Assembly: GCF_001194135.2 (NCBI RefSeq)
Contig: NC_068987.1
Coordinates: 35,491,979 to 35,541,861 of the forward strand
Reading direction: 5' to 3'
Origin: Octopus bimaculoides
Lineage: Eukaryota
DNA: 49,883 nucleotides
The notes under the pieces were generated by a model. It did not search any database. It was not told the origin of the DNA and was given only the letters and a program-made list of their open reading frames with translations. The stretch's first letter is position 1. Every line of letters starts with the position of its first letter. Below are positions 11,560 through 24,615 of this stretch, one piece after another. The translations under genes and the position numbers were made by a program.

Positions 11560-11900
11560 CTTTAAATAAACCTTGGATTCAATAGCACTGTGTACAAACT
11601 CCATACTTGGAATTATCAATTTTAAATACTATTGGAATTTACTCACAAGGTATTGGAATCATATGCATACCATCCTGCCTAAATAATGGATCAACAAATG
11701 CAGTATCACTGCATACCTCACAACTATTTTCATTCCTCCACTTCACTCCCTATTTCATATCTCATCTAAATTAACTATTGCTTAACCGTTTTCTCACACC
11801 GTCTCCGATGAAGGGATATAAAAAATATCCTTGAAACAGTTGTAAGACCTATTTATAAATGTCCTAAAATCTTCACAGCCTTGGTTTTTTATCTCATTCT
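11560..11900 (+). mobile_element. Penelope-like terminal repeat (same family as 7060-7470)
   Basis: Clear alignment with 7295-7465 (cacttcactc..atctaaattaactatt..tcacaccgtct..gatgaagggat..tgtaagacct..cagccttg..ttatctcatt). Carries a hammerhead fold. Confidence 0.65.
11801..11848 (+). ncRNA. Minimal type I hammerhead ribozyme (U4C core variant)
   Basis: Stem I GUCU/AGAC; core CCGAUGA; stem II AGGGAUAU/AUAUCCUU with an A5 loop; GAAAC-AGUU-GUA; predicted cleavage after 11844. Confidence 0.7.
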
Positions 11901-12224
11901 GAAAAAAAAAATTATATACATTTATATATATATATATTATAATGTTAGGGAATTTCAAAATCCAAACTTACAAGGATATTCAATTTAATAATATCAAATT
12001 GAATTATATAATGAAAAATATAGTAATAATTTAGAGAAGAACCACCAAGATGCGACTGAAACAATGAAAAAGATCAGACTCCATTAAGAAAAGCGTACTC
12101 TTCAAAATACTAATTAAAAAAACTAAACAATCCAAAAGAAAATTTATAATCCATAAAATCTATAAAATATTAGATTAAAAATCTAATTCAGTTTAGTAAA
12201 TTTATAAAAACGAAAATGAATAAT

Positions 12225-12329
12225 AGACTACGCGCGTTTCGTAGCCACATAAAAGTGGAAAAGATTTGGCCAATTTACAAAAATCGATCAAAATAAGTTC
12301 CACTCAGAATGAGGACACTCTTCAGGTCT
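12225..12329 (-). ncRNA. Type I hammerhead ribozyme with long stem II
   Basis: Minus strand: AGAC-CUGAAGA-[GUGUCCUCA..GAGUGGAA..UUCCACUU..UGUGGCUAC]-GAAAC-GCGC-GUA-GUCU. Canonical core, stem I AGAC/GUCU and palindromic ACGCGCGU stem III. Confidence 0.7.
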
Positions 12330-13153
12330 TGTAACTTCAAAAAACGTATCTTAATATTTAAAAATGCAATAAAATAAAATAGGAAAAAGTAGAAATATCT
12401 GTACGTTTAAGCAATTATTGGTTCAATATATACAGTGTCAACGTTTTATAATAACAATCATCTCTCAGCTTAGAGGCATAAATCGTCTAATGAAGAAATA
12501 CAATCTATAGATTAGAATAGGAAAACATATATAAGGATAGTGCCATTAACTAATAAACGAATTCGGATGTTCAACAGTACTAATAAAAAGAACAACATCA
12601 CTTATCTTATGGAAGATTCGTTGTTGACTGTATTATTACACAATACGCATAGAATTTACACGATATGGATCACAAATATTAAACTTTCTATGTAGGATTA
12701 AAATATGTAAAACACGTGACAATATGGCGTTACAAGGAGAAGAGGTAAGAACAACTCCTCTAAATTATTTATATATATNNNNNNNNNNNNNNNNNNNNNN
12801 NNNNNNNNNNNNNNNNNNNNNNNNNNNNNNNNNNNNNNNNNNNNNNNNNNNNNNNNNNNNNNNNNNNNNNNNNNNNNNNNNNNNNNNNNNNNNNNNNNNN
12901 NNNNNNNNNNNNNNNNNNNNNNNNNNNNNNNNNNNNNNNNNNNNNNNNNNNNNNNNNNNNNNNNNNNNNNNNNNNNNNNNNNNNNNNNNNNNNNNNNNNN
13001 NNNNNNNNNNNNNNNNNNNNNNNNNNNNNNNNNNNNNNNNNNNNNNNNNNNNNNNNNNNNNNNNNNNNNNNNNNNNNNNNNNNNNNNNNNNNNNNNNNNN
13101 NNNNNNNNNNNNNNNNNNNNNNNNNNNNNNNNNNNNNNNNNNNNNNNNNNNNN

Positions 13154-13181
13154 ATATATATATGTATATATATATATACAC

Positions 13182-13228
<47 letters not shown>

Positions 13229-13245
13229 GATATAAATATATAGCA
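13154..13245. repeat. (TA)n/(GATA)n microsatellite
   Basis: Direct simple repeats beside an N gap. Confidence 0.9.
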
Positions 13246-14759
13246 ACAGACTAAGGAAAGGAATTCCTTCAAAGGTGTGTGTAAAACATCCAATTCACTG
13301 GTACGTCATAAACATGGGCATAATGCAAATTACAGAAAATAAATCAAATAGATACAATTGAGAATCCAATAATTTACATATATATATATTATATATAACA
13401 TGATATACTATGCATATGATATAATTTGATATACGTTAACATAAAAATAACTCATTAAAAACCTAAAATGCCAACAATTTGTTTCGACTTATATACATTA
13501 TTTGATTATTAACCATAGATATAGAGTTAGCCCATTAATAATGGATATCAAAATATTACTAGTTATTTTAGAAGTAGTGCTAATGTAGGTTTGTAGCCTT
13601 GCAATACATGTTCGAAATACATATAGATGGTCCATCAAGACGGATGACCAACGGACACGGTATTGTATCATATTACCGTAGGCGACGGGAGATATATATA
13701 TATTTCTGTTAATTAGATACGGGCAAAATTGTAAATAGACATGCAGATTGGACTGACGAAATGACTGGTGGGCTGGCAGGATGGGTGGATGAATAGATAG
13801 ATGGATAGACAGACGACTGGATAAATGCTGGGTTGTTTGATTCATGGATTGAATGAGTTGCACTTACTATGCGAGAATGTGACAATTGGATGTAATTTTT
13901 CTTTTTAAAGAAATCTGAGAATATTGTTCATTGTTACATCACCTTATACGTAAAATACATAAAACCCAGGTGTCTTCGTCAAAATAAACAGAGTATAAAC
14001 CATTTCAATAAAACATCATTCATTAGAATAAATGCTAGTAAATATAACAGAAACAGTGTAGCAATAATAAACAGAAAAACATTAAGTATTCTCATTAACA
14101 GTGCTTACAGAAGAAGCACACTTGCAGATGTATGAAGGCGCAACACACAAACAGAAACACTTACAAACACACATACACACGGCTATAAATTTATTAGAGG
14201 CTGACGCTGAGTCAACCATATCAAATGCCGCAGTCTAGTAAAAAAAAAATCACACAAACACCAACGCGTATACACACACTCATAGACTCACATATACACG
14301 CTCACATTTGCCCGTACAAATGAAGACAAGACACTATTAGTAAAAGAATTTGTTATTGAAGTACATATGTGTTATCTAACTTAATTACACACCAATTTTA
14401 TTCAACATAATATATACTTCAGCTGTAGCAAATACGAATAGTGGCTACACAATGACGGTGTCTCTGTATTCATATATCATATATGTATGTCATTACTCAT
14501 TTTTTTTCAAAATTTATTGTCAATAGAGAAAGAACTGGTTTCTAACCTAGATCCAAGGTTCCCTCACTGGAATTTCAACATCAACAACAGAGTATTTTTG
14601 TTTGTATGTATGTATGTATGTATGTATGTATGTATGTATGTATGTATGTGCAGATCTGTATGTTTTATGTATGTATTTTCATGCATGTAGTTACATATCT
14701 AGTTATGCTGATATATATTTAAATGATATTCTTCTGAAAAGTTTCAAAGAGTTTTACAG

Positions 14760-15080
14760 TTCCACTGATGGTGTGGATCTGTAGTCTTCGAATTAGCTTT
14801 CTCCATTCTTGGTTTAAGGAGCCTCATTTCTCAAGATTGGTAATTAGGCAGTGTGTTAAATATACCAGGGCCCCAATAATTATAGGTATAGACCTAATCT
14901 AGATAGAATAACTGTAGATTTCTCAATAGATCATCATAGGTGCTGTTTGTTTTTCATTGATCTTCAGCTTTACGTTAACATCCGCTGAGCAGCTAACTTC
15001 TACATTTGTGCACAGTTTCTCTTCTCTGTCCCAAATCATTATATCAGCTATGTTATGCTTACATTTCATTGATGACTTCA
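14760..15080 (-). mobile_element. CR1/L2-group LINE 3' coding remnant
   Basis: The minus strand WGPGIFNTLP matches the GPxLFNxLP motif at the end of CR1-group ORF2. Otherwise riddled with stops. Confidence 0.5.
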
Positions 15081-15094
15081 CTGGTACAGTCCAC

Positions 15095-15228
15095 CATGTA
15101 TGTATGTCTGTACTGTATGTCTGTATGTATGTATGTATGTAGATATATATATGTATATACATAAATGCTTATTCATATATATACACATATATATATATAT
15201 ATGTATACGTGTATGTATGTATATACGT

Positions 15229-15273
<45 letters not shown>

Positions 15274-15350
15274 CATATATATGCATAAAGATAAATATAT
15301 ATCCACACACTCATACACACATATGCACACGCACGTACATGCAAAATTTG
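15095..15350. repeat. Compound (TATG)/(TA)/(CA) microsatellite
   Basis: Direct simple repeats. Confidence 0.9.
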
Positions 15351-16479
15351 GTGCATAAACATAATTAAGCTATGTGGACATATCTACAACAAATGGGGCA
15401 CAAATATACGGAATGAAAATAAACCAAAAATATACATATATATATGAAAGTATATAACGTCTTATCGTGACAGCTGTTTCAGAAAGTCAAGGGTTACGTA
15501 ATAATCATAATTTGATGTGATTGCAATTATAACCGGAAGTTCGACTCCTCTGTTCAAGAGAAAGTTAACGAGTGCGAATCTTGTAGTAGTGCTTACAAAT
15601 ATAAATGGCTGAAGGGAGAGCGGAAGCAGGACAAAACCTTCAAATGAGAGTGTAATTAAGAGTACAGTGTTTCGTTAAGTCTGGTTTCTCCTGTAGATTT
15701 CCCATTGGGCTTATTTGCCCCATTAAATCCGGTTTAACTCTCAGTAGTAAATACCCTGTAGAACGGATTATGGCCTCGAGGAAGATTAATGTCAAAATTA
15801 CTGGCGATATATCCTAATTCTATACACTTTCTACCAGTTCTCATACTTACTTCCTCCAATTTCATATTTCGAACTATTAAGTTTTCATATCCTCTATTCG
15901 ATTAAATAAAAACCTTAATCTTCGCAAGAAAATGCTCTCCCCACATTCGGTTGGATATTGACACTATCTTAGTATCTTGTGTCTTAATATCAAAATACTG
16001 GTTCTGTAATTTCGTTATCACTATAGACTCGTTGGACTCTGCTCAGATTAGAGTCCTTATAAGACACTTCCCTCTTCTCAAATAAGTCAACACTTCCATA
16101 TGCTATCCAGAAGTTGTCTTTGCCACATCCACAGCTATGACTTGGAAATCCATTTAACGTGACTGTAAGAGAGGCTCCGCAAGTATATCATATTTATAAA
16201 CTGACAATCTCATTACGAAAATAGTAGCAGCTTCCTCAAGAGTGTATCATACATTCCTAATACTAGAATTTTGTTTTCTTATTCTGATACTACATATTCT
16301 TAAGATGCCAGTGGCAGAAAGCGGGAAACCATATGGCGTGCAACCTCTTTTCTCTTCAGGTTCAGCCATACCGAAGTTTTTTTTCAAAATTCCAAGCTAT
16401 AATTTTCAACCTACCGATATTATTACCTCATTTTCAACAAATCTCTTAAGATAGCATATCAAGCTCCTCCCAGACATAT

Positions 16480-16955
16480 TTGGGAAATATAATAAAAGTT
16501 TCCAATAGGCGTAAACCCGGCCGACTATTCATAGGTATAGTCAACAATCCGCCTGGCACCACACCTGCATTATACTAACACTGAACCTATGTTAGCGATA
16601 GCTGCATTAGCACAATTGCACCTGGTCTTAGTGACATTAATACTTGTGACTATGCCCATGTCCCAGTCCCAACTTCATACTAGGAATGCTAACACCTCTG
16701 GGCATACCTCCGTTATACCTGATCGTATGAATCAACGTACGATACGCAGTGAGAATAGGTCTGCATGCATCAGAACTACAGCGAGAACTGTAATTGTTGG
16801 GTCAGTTGGATGGATTTTTTTAACCTACAATGTGGATACAAATGTCTGGCCACAATTCCGCATTCCCACTAGTTTAGGGGCTGTAGATTTAAGCGTCGAT
16901 ACATAGCTCACCTGAGCTCATTCGTATTCCCTACCTTTATACACTGCCCCAATAC
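16480..16955 (+). mobile_element. Decayed Penelope-like GIY-YIG endonuclease region
   Basis: Frameshifted YL.LCPCP..F(I)LG, DRMNQ and ELIRIPYLYTLP segments resemble the PLE GIY-YIG motifs IYLLxCPC..YIG, RMNxHR and ExxWIxxLxTL. Confidence 0.4.
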
Positions 16956-17017
16956 ATATCTTCTAACCTATAGGGCATATCTTGTAACCTATAAGGCATA
17001 TCTTGTGACCTACCCTG
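16955..17017. repeat. 21-bp minisatellite x3
   Basis: catatcttctaacctataggg / catatcttgtaacctataagg / catatcttgtgacctaccctg. Confidence 0.85.
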
Positions 17018-17354
17018 GGCCATAGTCTGTTAGAGGTTCCCTCTCTCAATACTAATGATAATATCAATAGCATTTTTAAATTTTGGCATAATGCTAGCTA
17101 TTTTTGATGTCACATGTATTTGTTCACACCATGGATATACGTACTTAACTTGCGTTCTATTTTGTAAACGTCAAAAGATTAAAAATTGACCCCGGTGTTG
17201 TTGTAAGACAGATCGTAAAGGAACGGCAAAGATTTCCTCTTGGTACTTTTCGATTCCTACAGGGCGCAAAACACTCCACTTTTGAGCTTTGGGATTGAGT
17301 TGATTGATTCAAGCCCATGGCTTGCACTCTCTCTCTCTCTCTTTCTCTCTCTCC

Positions 17355-17388
<34 letters not shown>

Positions 17389-19140
17389 CAATATACAAAT
17401 GTTTATATGTGTGTTAAGGTGACTGTGTATATCTTTCTGTCTATGTGTTTATGTGTGTATGGCTCACAAATATGTTCTATGACTAAATAAGTTTTCACCG
17501 AGCCAGTTTGTCTGCAGATAAATCTCATCTAAGTAAAAGCTCTGTGCTTTCTTAAACAATTTCACACACCTGATTTCAATTATGTATCGAAACACACATT
17601 AATTTCTCAATATATTGCCCGGTTTATTGTCAAGAGGAATTCCTGTGCTGATTAAAATCATTAATTATCTGATAAGTATATAAAATAATGACTTAGAGTA
17701 GTTTATAATGGAAGAAATATCAATAAGACAAAAGAAATAGTTTACCATTCAACCCGTCTTGAAGGAATAGCTTTAACTAAAAAATTTAGTATTTAATTTA
17801 AGATTTGTCTGATTGAAAGATTGCTGTCAAATGATTTCCAGAATAAGTTAATAATTACCGATTGATTTCAAAGAAGTTCAATATGTAAGTCAGTGTTAAT
17901 TGCTAAATATGTAAGTCAGAGTTAATTGGTAAATACGGAAATGGCAGTTAATGTGAAATTTAATTGTCAGGCTATTATAGTCAACTCAGCTACTAGTCAT
18001 GAAAATCTATTTTAGCTTTTCATAGCTCACAGCAATCTCTCTCTAGGAATGTTTAATATTATTGCTTAAATTTTTGCATACCGTATTTGCCGGTCTATAA
18101 GTTGTATGCTACACTCGTTATGCCATCTGTAATATGAAATTAGACGAATGTCATATTTAAAATATAAAGACCCGCATCTTAAACACCGACGTGTGAGGTA
18201 TGAGGATTAAGCATTTCAGAAGAGAAGAATTACTGTTTTACATGGCTATCATAGCAGTTGTTCGTTTTTTAATGAGTCTGTACATTTTCTCCATCTCTAA
18301 TTGAAGTGTGGAATAGAAATTCAAATATGATATAGAAAGCCCGATGTCAAATGACCTATGTCTACCAAATACCATGTTTCTGAACTTCATGCAATATATA
18401 TAACAAGAAGAAAGCATGAAGTAGACAGTCAAAATAATTCTTGTAGTTGATCTTTATATAGTGAATATGCATCAACAATATTTTCTAAAAATATGCTGAG
18501 GAGGATATGAATGACTAATAAATATATTCAGAAATCTTAATCAAAGATAGGATATTACATTTGTACTCAAAAACTATCCATGCAGTGTTGGCAAAAGCAG
18601 TGACTAAAAAGAAAGATATAATAGATTTTTTTAATGGAAGCAATTTCTTAGGACTGAAATAAAATTTGTACATAAAAACTCAAAATAAAATCCTAACAAC
18701 GTTTCTTACACTGGTATGGTCTTTGTTAAGAAACATAAAGATCTTAAATAAAAACATTCTAATGAGAAGCAGAACTCAAACACTAAAATTGTTGGCGGCA
18801 AGTCCATAAATGTTAAGTACATAGGATTCATGTCTTACGTAAAAGGTAGTACTTTAATAGTATTATATATTAATAGAACAGGGAATGATGAACGGCAAAT
18901 CAACCACGAAGGATTTTGTTCGGCGATCTAAAATCTCTGCCTATGTGTAAGATATACAAGTATAAATGATAGAAAACCACTTCATAAACTCTCAAATACA
19001 AACTAAAATGAAAAACAAAATGTTTAAATCGACAATCATGTAAGTAAAAAAAAGTAATTATTCAGTAAGCCTTAAAGCGGTTCTCTCCCCTCAAGGAGAA
19101 TATTCACCATCTGTAACCTCCCAGTAATTTTCCACCTTCT

Positions 19141-19248
<108 letters not shown>

Positions 19249-19839
19249 GTAACTATAATCAGAAACACCAATAGTTTCCGCTTATTCATGGAACCGTTCT
19301 AAACATGTTTGCAGATGTTCACAAATATAAAATTGAAAATCTACACCAATGTACTCGCGCGGTTTATAACTCTTTTACAGACATGCTTGCCTTCAGATAA
19401 GAAAACCAGGTATATTATTTGACAAACTGTAAAATTGTCCGTCAGGAAGCATCTCCCTATTTTTTATTGCACAACTATTGCATAAAAAGTTTTTGGAGTG
19501 CATTCTCCTTATCACGAAAGTGGATTTCTTTCCTTTCAATTTATTTCATTTGATATTGTTTACCATAAAGCTATGTATATATAAGAGGTATGATCTAATT
19601 AATGACAGTACAATAAAAGCTGCATTGTATGACAATAAGCTTATGAAATTTATTCCTGCTTTGTACATAGCAAATGACCTAATCTAGGCATTGTTGGAGA
19701 GAAACTGTTTCGCCTTCTCAAAGAAATGATGAAAAACGTGAACAATTCTGAGAGGTTCTTCCCATGAATAATTATTAGAACAAATGCGTATAGACTGTAA
19801 TGATACCGAAACTGTACCTTTCCATTATTTACATTTATT

Positions 19840-20570
19840 CTCTGACTTGCCACAGTGTAGGCTGTGCTCTGAGAAGGGAGAAAGTATAAGGCATAGTGTT
19901 AGTGAGTGCTGTAAGCTCGCACAAGGCGAATACAAAAGGAGACACGACAATGCTGCCAGTTATGTCCACTGGCTGTTCTTCTGTAAAGCAAAACTCTTGA
20001 GAGCCTGACAATAGTATGAACACAAGCCAGAGGGAATAATGGAAAACGGGCATTACAAAATACTCTTGGATTTTAACATGCAGTGCGACCAAATCATACA
20101 GGCGAGACGACCAGACGTCGTGCTCATCCGTAAAGATGGAAAAGAGGTAAACATAATAGATGTTGCAATACCAGGCGATTCGAGGGTGAAATTAAAGGAA
20201 AGAGGAAAGAGGAAAGAGTGAGAAATACCAGCCAATGCGGGACGAGATAGGAAAGTTATTGAGCACGAGGAAAGTAATGGTGATGCCGGTGGTAATTGAA
20301 GCATTAGTAGCAGTTTCCAAGGGTTTTGGAAAACATATCAAGTATACTGGGACTGTTGTGATCCAGAAGACTGCATTGTTGGGTATAGCTGGCATTGTGA
20401 GGAGAGTATTGTCGCTTTGAGTCACATGATAAGGCATCACTTGAAACCTTTGGTGACTTTTTATTGCCTGTAAAGAATAACTGGTAATTAAGAACTATCC
20501 GAGAGTCTTTCAGAATGACAATAATGATAGTAATAATGATCATGATGATGACGATAACGATGATAATAAT
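19840..20570 (+). mobile_element. R4/Dong-like non-LTR retrotransposon 3' part (CCHC zinc finger and RLE)
   Basis: CRLCSEKGESIRHSVSECCKLAQGEYKRRHDNAASYVHW, then KILLDFNMQCDQIIQARRPDVVLIRK..IIDVAIP, then VIQKTALLGIAGIVRRVL. Degenerate (ATA/GAT)n tail at 20518-20570. Confidence 0.9.
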
Positions 20571-20639
20571 TCACGGCACCGACCAATCAGCAGCCGAAGA
20601 CTCTGAAACACTAATATAACTCAGCAGGAAAATAAAAGA

Positions 20640-20818
20640 AAATAGAATATAAGGCATGGTAGAATTGCTGCAAAAGGTTTGCCTCCTTGGCACGGCCTAA
20701 ATAATCAAGAAAGTATTGGATAGCTGGAAAGAATGGATAGCATGGTACAGTAGACTGCAGTTAGCAAGCCCGCTATGCATGTAACACTCCAGGTGCTCAA
20801 AGAAAACTTGTGATAAAG

Positions 20819-20876
<58 letters not shown>

Positions 20877-20878
20877 TA
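20640..20878 (+). mobile_element. Second R4/Dong-like 3' end with (TAA)n tail
   Basis: LLQKVCLLGTA..IKKVLDS* matches the terminal QKxxLLGxAxIxRxVL motif. Pure (TAA)n at ~20821-20878. Confidence 0.7.
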
Positions 20879-21012
20879 AACGTATCTGTCAAGACCTACC
20901 AAAAACTGAGCAAATATAAAGATCTTGAAATAGAAATTAGCAAAATGTGGAATCTGAAGACGAAAACAATACCTATTGTCATAGGTGCCCTGGGAATGAC
21001 AGCGAAACGGGC
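20879..21012 (+). mobile_element. Third R4/Dong-like RLE fragment starting directly after the TAA run
   Basis: NVSVKTYQKLSKYKDLEIEISKMWNLKTKTIPIVIGALG; continues into the N gap. Confidence 0.85.
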
Positions 21013-21398
21013 NNNNNNNNNNNNNNNNNNNNNNNNNNNNNNNNNNNNNNNNNNNNNNNNNNNNNNNNNNNNNNNNNNNNNNNNNNNNNNNNNNNNNNNN
21101 NNNNNNNNNNNNNNNNNNNNNNNNNNNNNNNNNNNNNNNNNNNNNNNNNNNNNNNNNNNNNNNNNNNNNNNNNNNNNNNNNNNNNNNNNNNNNNNNNNNN
21201 NNNNNNNNNNNNNNNNNNNNNNNNNNNNNNNNNNNNNNNNNNNNNNNNNNNNNNNNNNNNNNNNNNNNNNNNNNNNNNNNNNNNNNNNNNNNNNNNNNNN
21301 NNNNNNNNNNNNNNNNNNNNNNNNNNNNNNNNNNNNNNNNNNNNNNNNNNNNNNNNNNNNNNNNNNNNNNNNNNNNNNNNNNNNNNNNNNNNNNNNTA

Positions 21399-21430
<32 letters not shown>

Positions 21431-21589
21431 CATACATATGGCAGTTGCTAAACGAAATGCAACAACAGTTCTCTATTGTTCGAGGTGTATTGATAAATCT
21501 GGTTTGTGCTTGCTGTGAAAAAGAGGACGAAACGATCCAAGTAGGGCTAAAGAGTTTGACAAAAAAACACCGTCTCGCGGCTGTTGGAA

Positions 21590-22900
21590 GATGACCAGAG
21601 TTTCCTGATGAGGTATGATTTAGGGCTAGCTTTCTTGTAGAGGTGGAATAATTGCAGTGCTACTATATGTATAGGGACTTAAATTGTAAGTGGTGGAAAA
21701 TGATGTATGTCCGTCATATTAGGATGTGTGTGGGTCTGTGAGTGTGTTTGTGTATTTTGTAGTTAAAATCGATGCCCGTTCCTAGGTATTGGTTGCGTGG
21801 TATTATATATATAAACATAAATAGATTATTAAGTTTCAAAACGGACATATCAAATAGATACAAATAAATGTATTAATTAATTAACATCTTTAACAGCAAT
21901 TATTTCGTTTTGCATCCGATTTAAATTACAAAACATATATAAATATATACAAACACGTATAAATATGAAATCTCGGATTTCAAAATACTTTGGGTAGAAA
22001 ATCGTCAGGGAATGACAATGGACAATGTAAGGATTACATTATGATCTGTTGGAATGTTCTAATAAACTACGAATATGCTTATATGTGTTAACGCGTTTTG
22101 CTTGTGTATGTATATATAGCCTGTGTTCAGTTATTATGTGATTTTGTGAGTGTGGGAGTATACATTGTCTGTGTTCAGGTATTGTGTTCCTTTGTGTGTG
22201 TGGGGGGAGTGTGCATGATTATGCGCTGTGTGCGTACTGAGTTAAACAGTGTGTGTGACTGCTCATATAGTGGTATGTGTGGTGACGCTAGGGTAGATTG
22301 TCTGTGGGTGTGTGAATGATGGTGTACGATGTGGGCGATGGGAAGTGGTCAGTTCTGGTGTGTGTGGATCGAATTGGGGTTGGTATCAAATGAAAAGAAG
22401 AGCTGATGAAGAAAAGAGGTGAGTTGAGCCCATGTAGCGTAAAGGAGCGGATAGAGAAGATTAATTCCTATTCGCGGCGAAGGCGGGAGTCCGAATGGCC
22501 CCTGTGAAATACAGTCCCAACACAATCAGATGCTGCAGTGAATGACAGGGAGAGTGGAAATGACACAAGAGTTTGATGTCTAGCAAGTACTCCGCGAACC
22601 GGTCAGCCAAGCGGCGTCCCGTTTGACCGATGTTCAGGGAAAGACAGTGAGAGCAGGAAATGCAGTAAATGACGTTACTAGAACTACAAGTAAATCAGTC
22701 GGTGATGTCATAGGGATGATGATAGGTGCGTGTGTGGATGGTGGTGCTGGAAAGGTAGGGGCATGTGTGGCACCGTGGGCGGGAGCAGGGGAATGACCTA
22801 GGATCGGAGGTGGTGTTAAGGAAGAAATTGTGGACCAGGAGGTCATGCAAGTTATGGACTCGTTTGAAGGGTAGAAGGAGTAGGTTGTGGAAGATATGCC
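21590..22900 (-). mobile_element. Penelope-like element 3' part (GIY-YIG domain and low-complexity 3' region)
   Basis: Minus strand: FKRVHNLHDLLVH..SFPCSRPRCHTCP..FTCSSSNVIYCISCSHCLSLNIGQTGRRLADRFAEYL (coding ~22400-22890), followed by CA-rich tracts. The lower boundary is uncertain. Confidence 0.8.
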
Positions 22901-24399
22901 AGGTGGAGGGATCGGATATATCTGTGTGTGTGTCTATGCCTGTGAGTAACAAAATGGAAGCCTCTCGAAATGTAAAGTCTAATTTCTATAGAGTAGGAAT
23001 AAATGTAACTTTGCATTCCATCAGACCAACTAATCTGGGAAAGTTCCATCATGAAAATTAAACATATTAAAACACCTAAAATAATAATGAATGGACATGT
23101 ACACAGCAGACAAAAATAATAGCAGCAAATATGTAAATTACGAAGTTATTGTTGTTAGCAGCAAGGAGCATCAAGGAATTATAAGAAAAGAGATTGACTA
23201 CAATTTCAAATAACATCAATGATCAAATTCAACGCCCTTTCGGAATACTAGCCAATAGAAGCGAAAGATTGCGAAGAGGGTGTGAGATTCTAAATAAAAA
23301 TACATGCGTAAAATATTTAATATTGATTTTTATATTGGGTCATGGCCGGAAATATTTTGGTGAATGGAACACTCGATTACATCGATACTTTGTATTTATA
23401 ATGGAAAGACGATAAGCTTAAATCGATCTCAAATTGGATTTCAGCTGTAGATACGTAGGACTTAAGTATTTGCTGCAATGAAATTTGTTTGACGTTCTAT
23501 GTACTGACCTACCATCCTAAAGCAAGATTTAATAATACAAAATTTGAGAAATGAAAAATTCTAAATATATAAATAATTTAGAATGTAAATACTTAAATAA
23601 TGTAAATTCACATAATTTCTTCAAAACGAAAGATGCAAAATGATATAAATATCAACAGTATTATGAAAATCCAATATGGCTAGCGTTGGTATATCTGTAA
23701 ACAGATTCAGATATCAATAGAATAAATACAATGATATATCCAATGATTACGATATTACAAATATTGCTATGCATCTACTTTATTCCAGTGATTCATAATA
23801 GAAGAAATAAGCCTAAATAAAGAAAATTAAGAAAAACTATATCATAGTCTTTAATGTTGCCAAAAGTGAATATAACCCAAGGATACAAAAAATAGACAAA
23901 CACTACAGGAATATAAGATCACAAATAGTGAATCAGCGAGATCCTAAAGGATTTAAATAACGAAACAGCAAGTAAATTGCTCGGAATATGTCAGTAGGAA
24001 TTATGCTAACGATTATTTGAACAGATTAAACAGTACTATTCCAACCTAATTTACCCTTAATGGATATTATTAAGAAACACTGAGAATCTTTTCTGTTTGA
24101 AATGCATTTTGCAATTTTATTGGAAAGTTCTTTATAGATAGGTACTTTTTGTATCAATCCTAAAAAAATTGGAGAAATTAAGAAGAAAGCGTTTCAGACT
24201 TATGTTGCATATATCGTTTCAGACTTGTTTTGTATATGACATTTTAGCCTAACATATTCTCTTGTAGAAATGACAACCAAAAATCTTATTTAAAGAGGAA
24301 TAATATTTAACGAAAGAAAATGAAACAAACAAATTTACATTTGAAGACCATTTTTTGATGCATTATAAACTCCAACAATAAACCTATTAATAAAACGTA

Positions 24400-24615
24400 T
24401 CTTTAAACATCAAACCTTGCTGATACAATTCAGTCTAAACTTAAACTTTAGTTTTAACACTAACATAAACGTATTTCTCCAATTGAAACCTAACCTTAAA
24501 ACTTAACTTTGATTTCAGCCTAAACAATAAATCGTACATCGTTACCCTGATCCTAAATCGTAACCCTAAACCCTATATCTAACTCTAATCCCCGACAAAA
24601 ACCCTAACCATAAAA
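24400..24615 (+). repeat. Degenerate (TAACCC)-like tract
   Basis: Dispersed aaccta/taaccc/cctaaa hexamers; no pure array. Confidence 0.55.

Noticed and set aside
15466-15520. Minus-strand GAAAC-AGCU-GUC, hammerhead-like 3' half
   Set aside because: No CUGANGA core or stem II/stem I pairing can be found upstream.
16955-17017. Short regularly spaced repeats that could be mistaken for a CRISPR array
   Set aside because: Head-to-tail 21-bp minisatellite with no unique spacers and no cas genes, in a eukaryotic context.
18079-18101. taccgtatttgccggtctataag, pogo/Tigger-like TIR
   Set aside because: No matching opposite TIR or transposase remnant found nearby.
23190-24350. AT-rich region with a GRKYFGE..RLHR segment, GIY-YIG-like
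   Set aside because: A single weak motif; too decayed to call.
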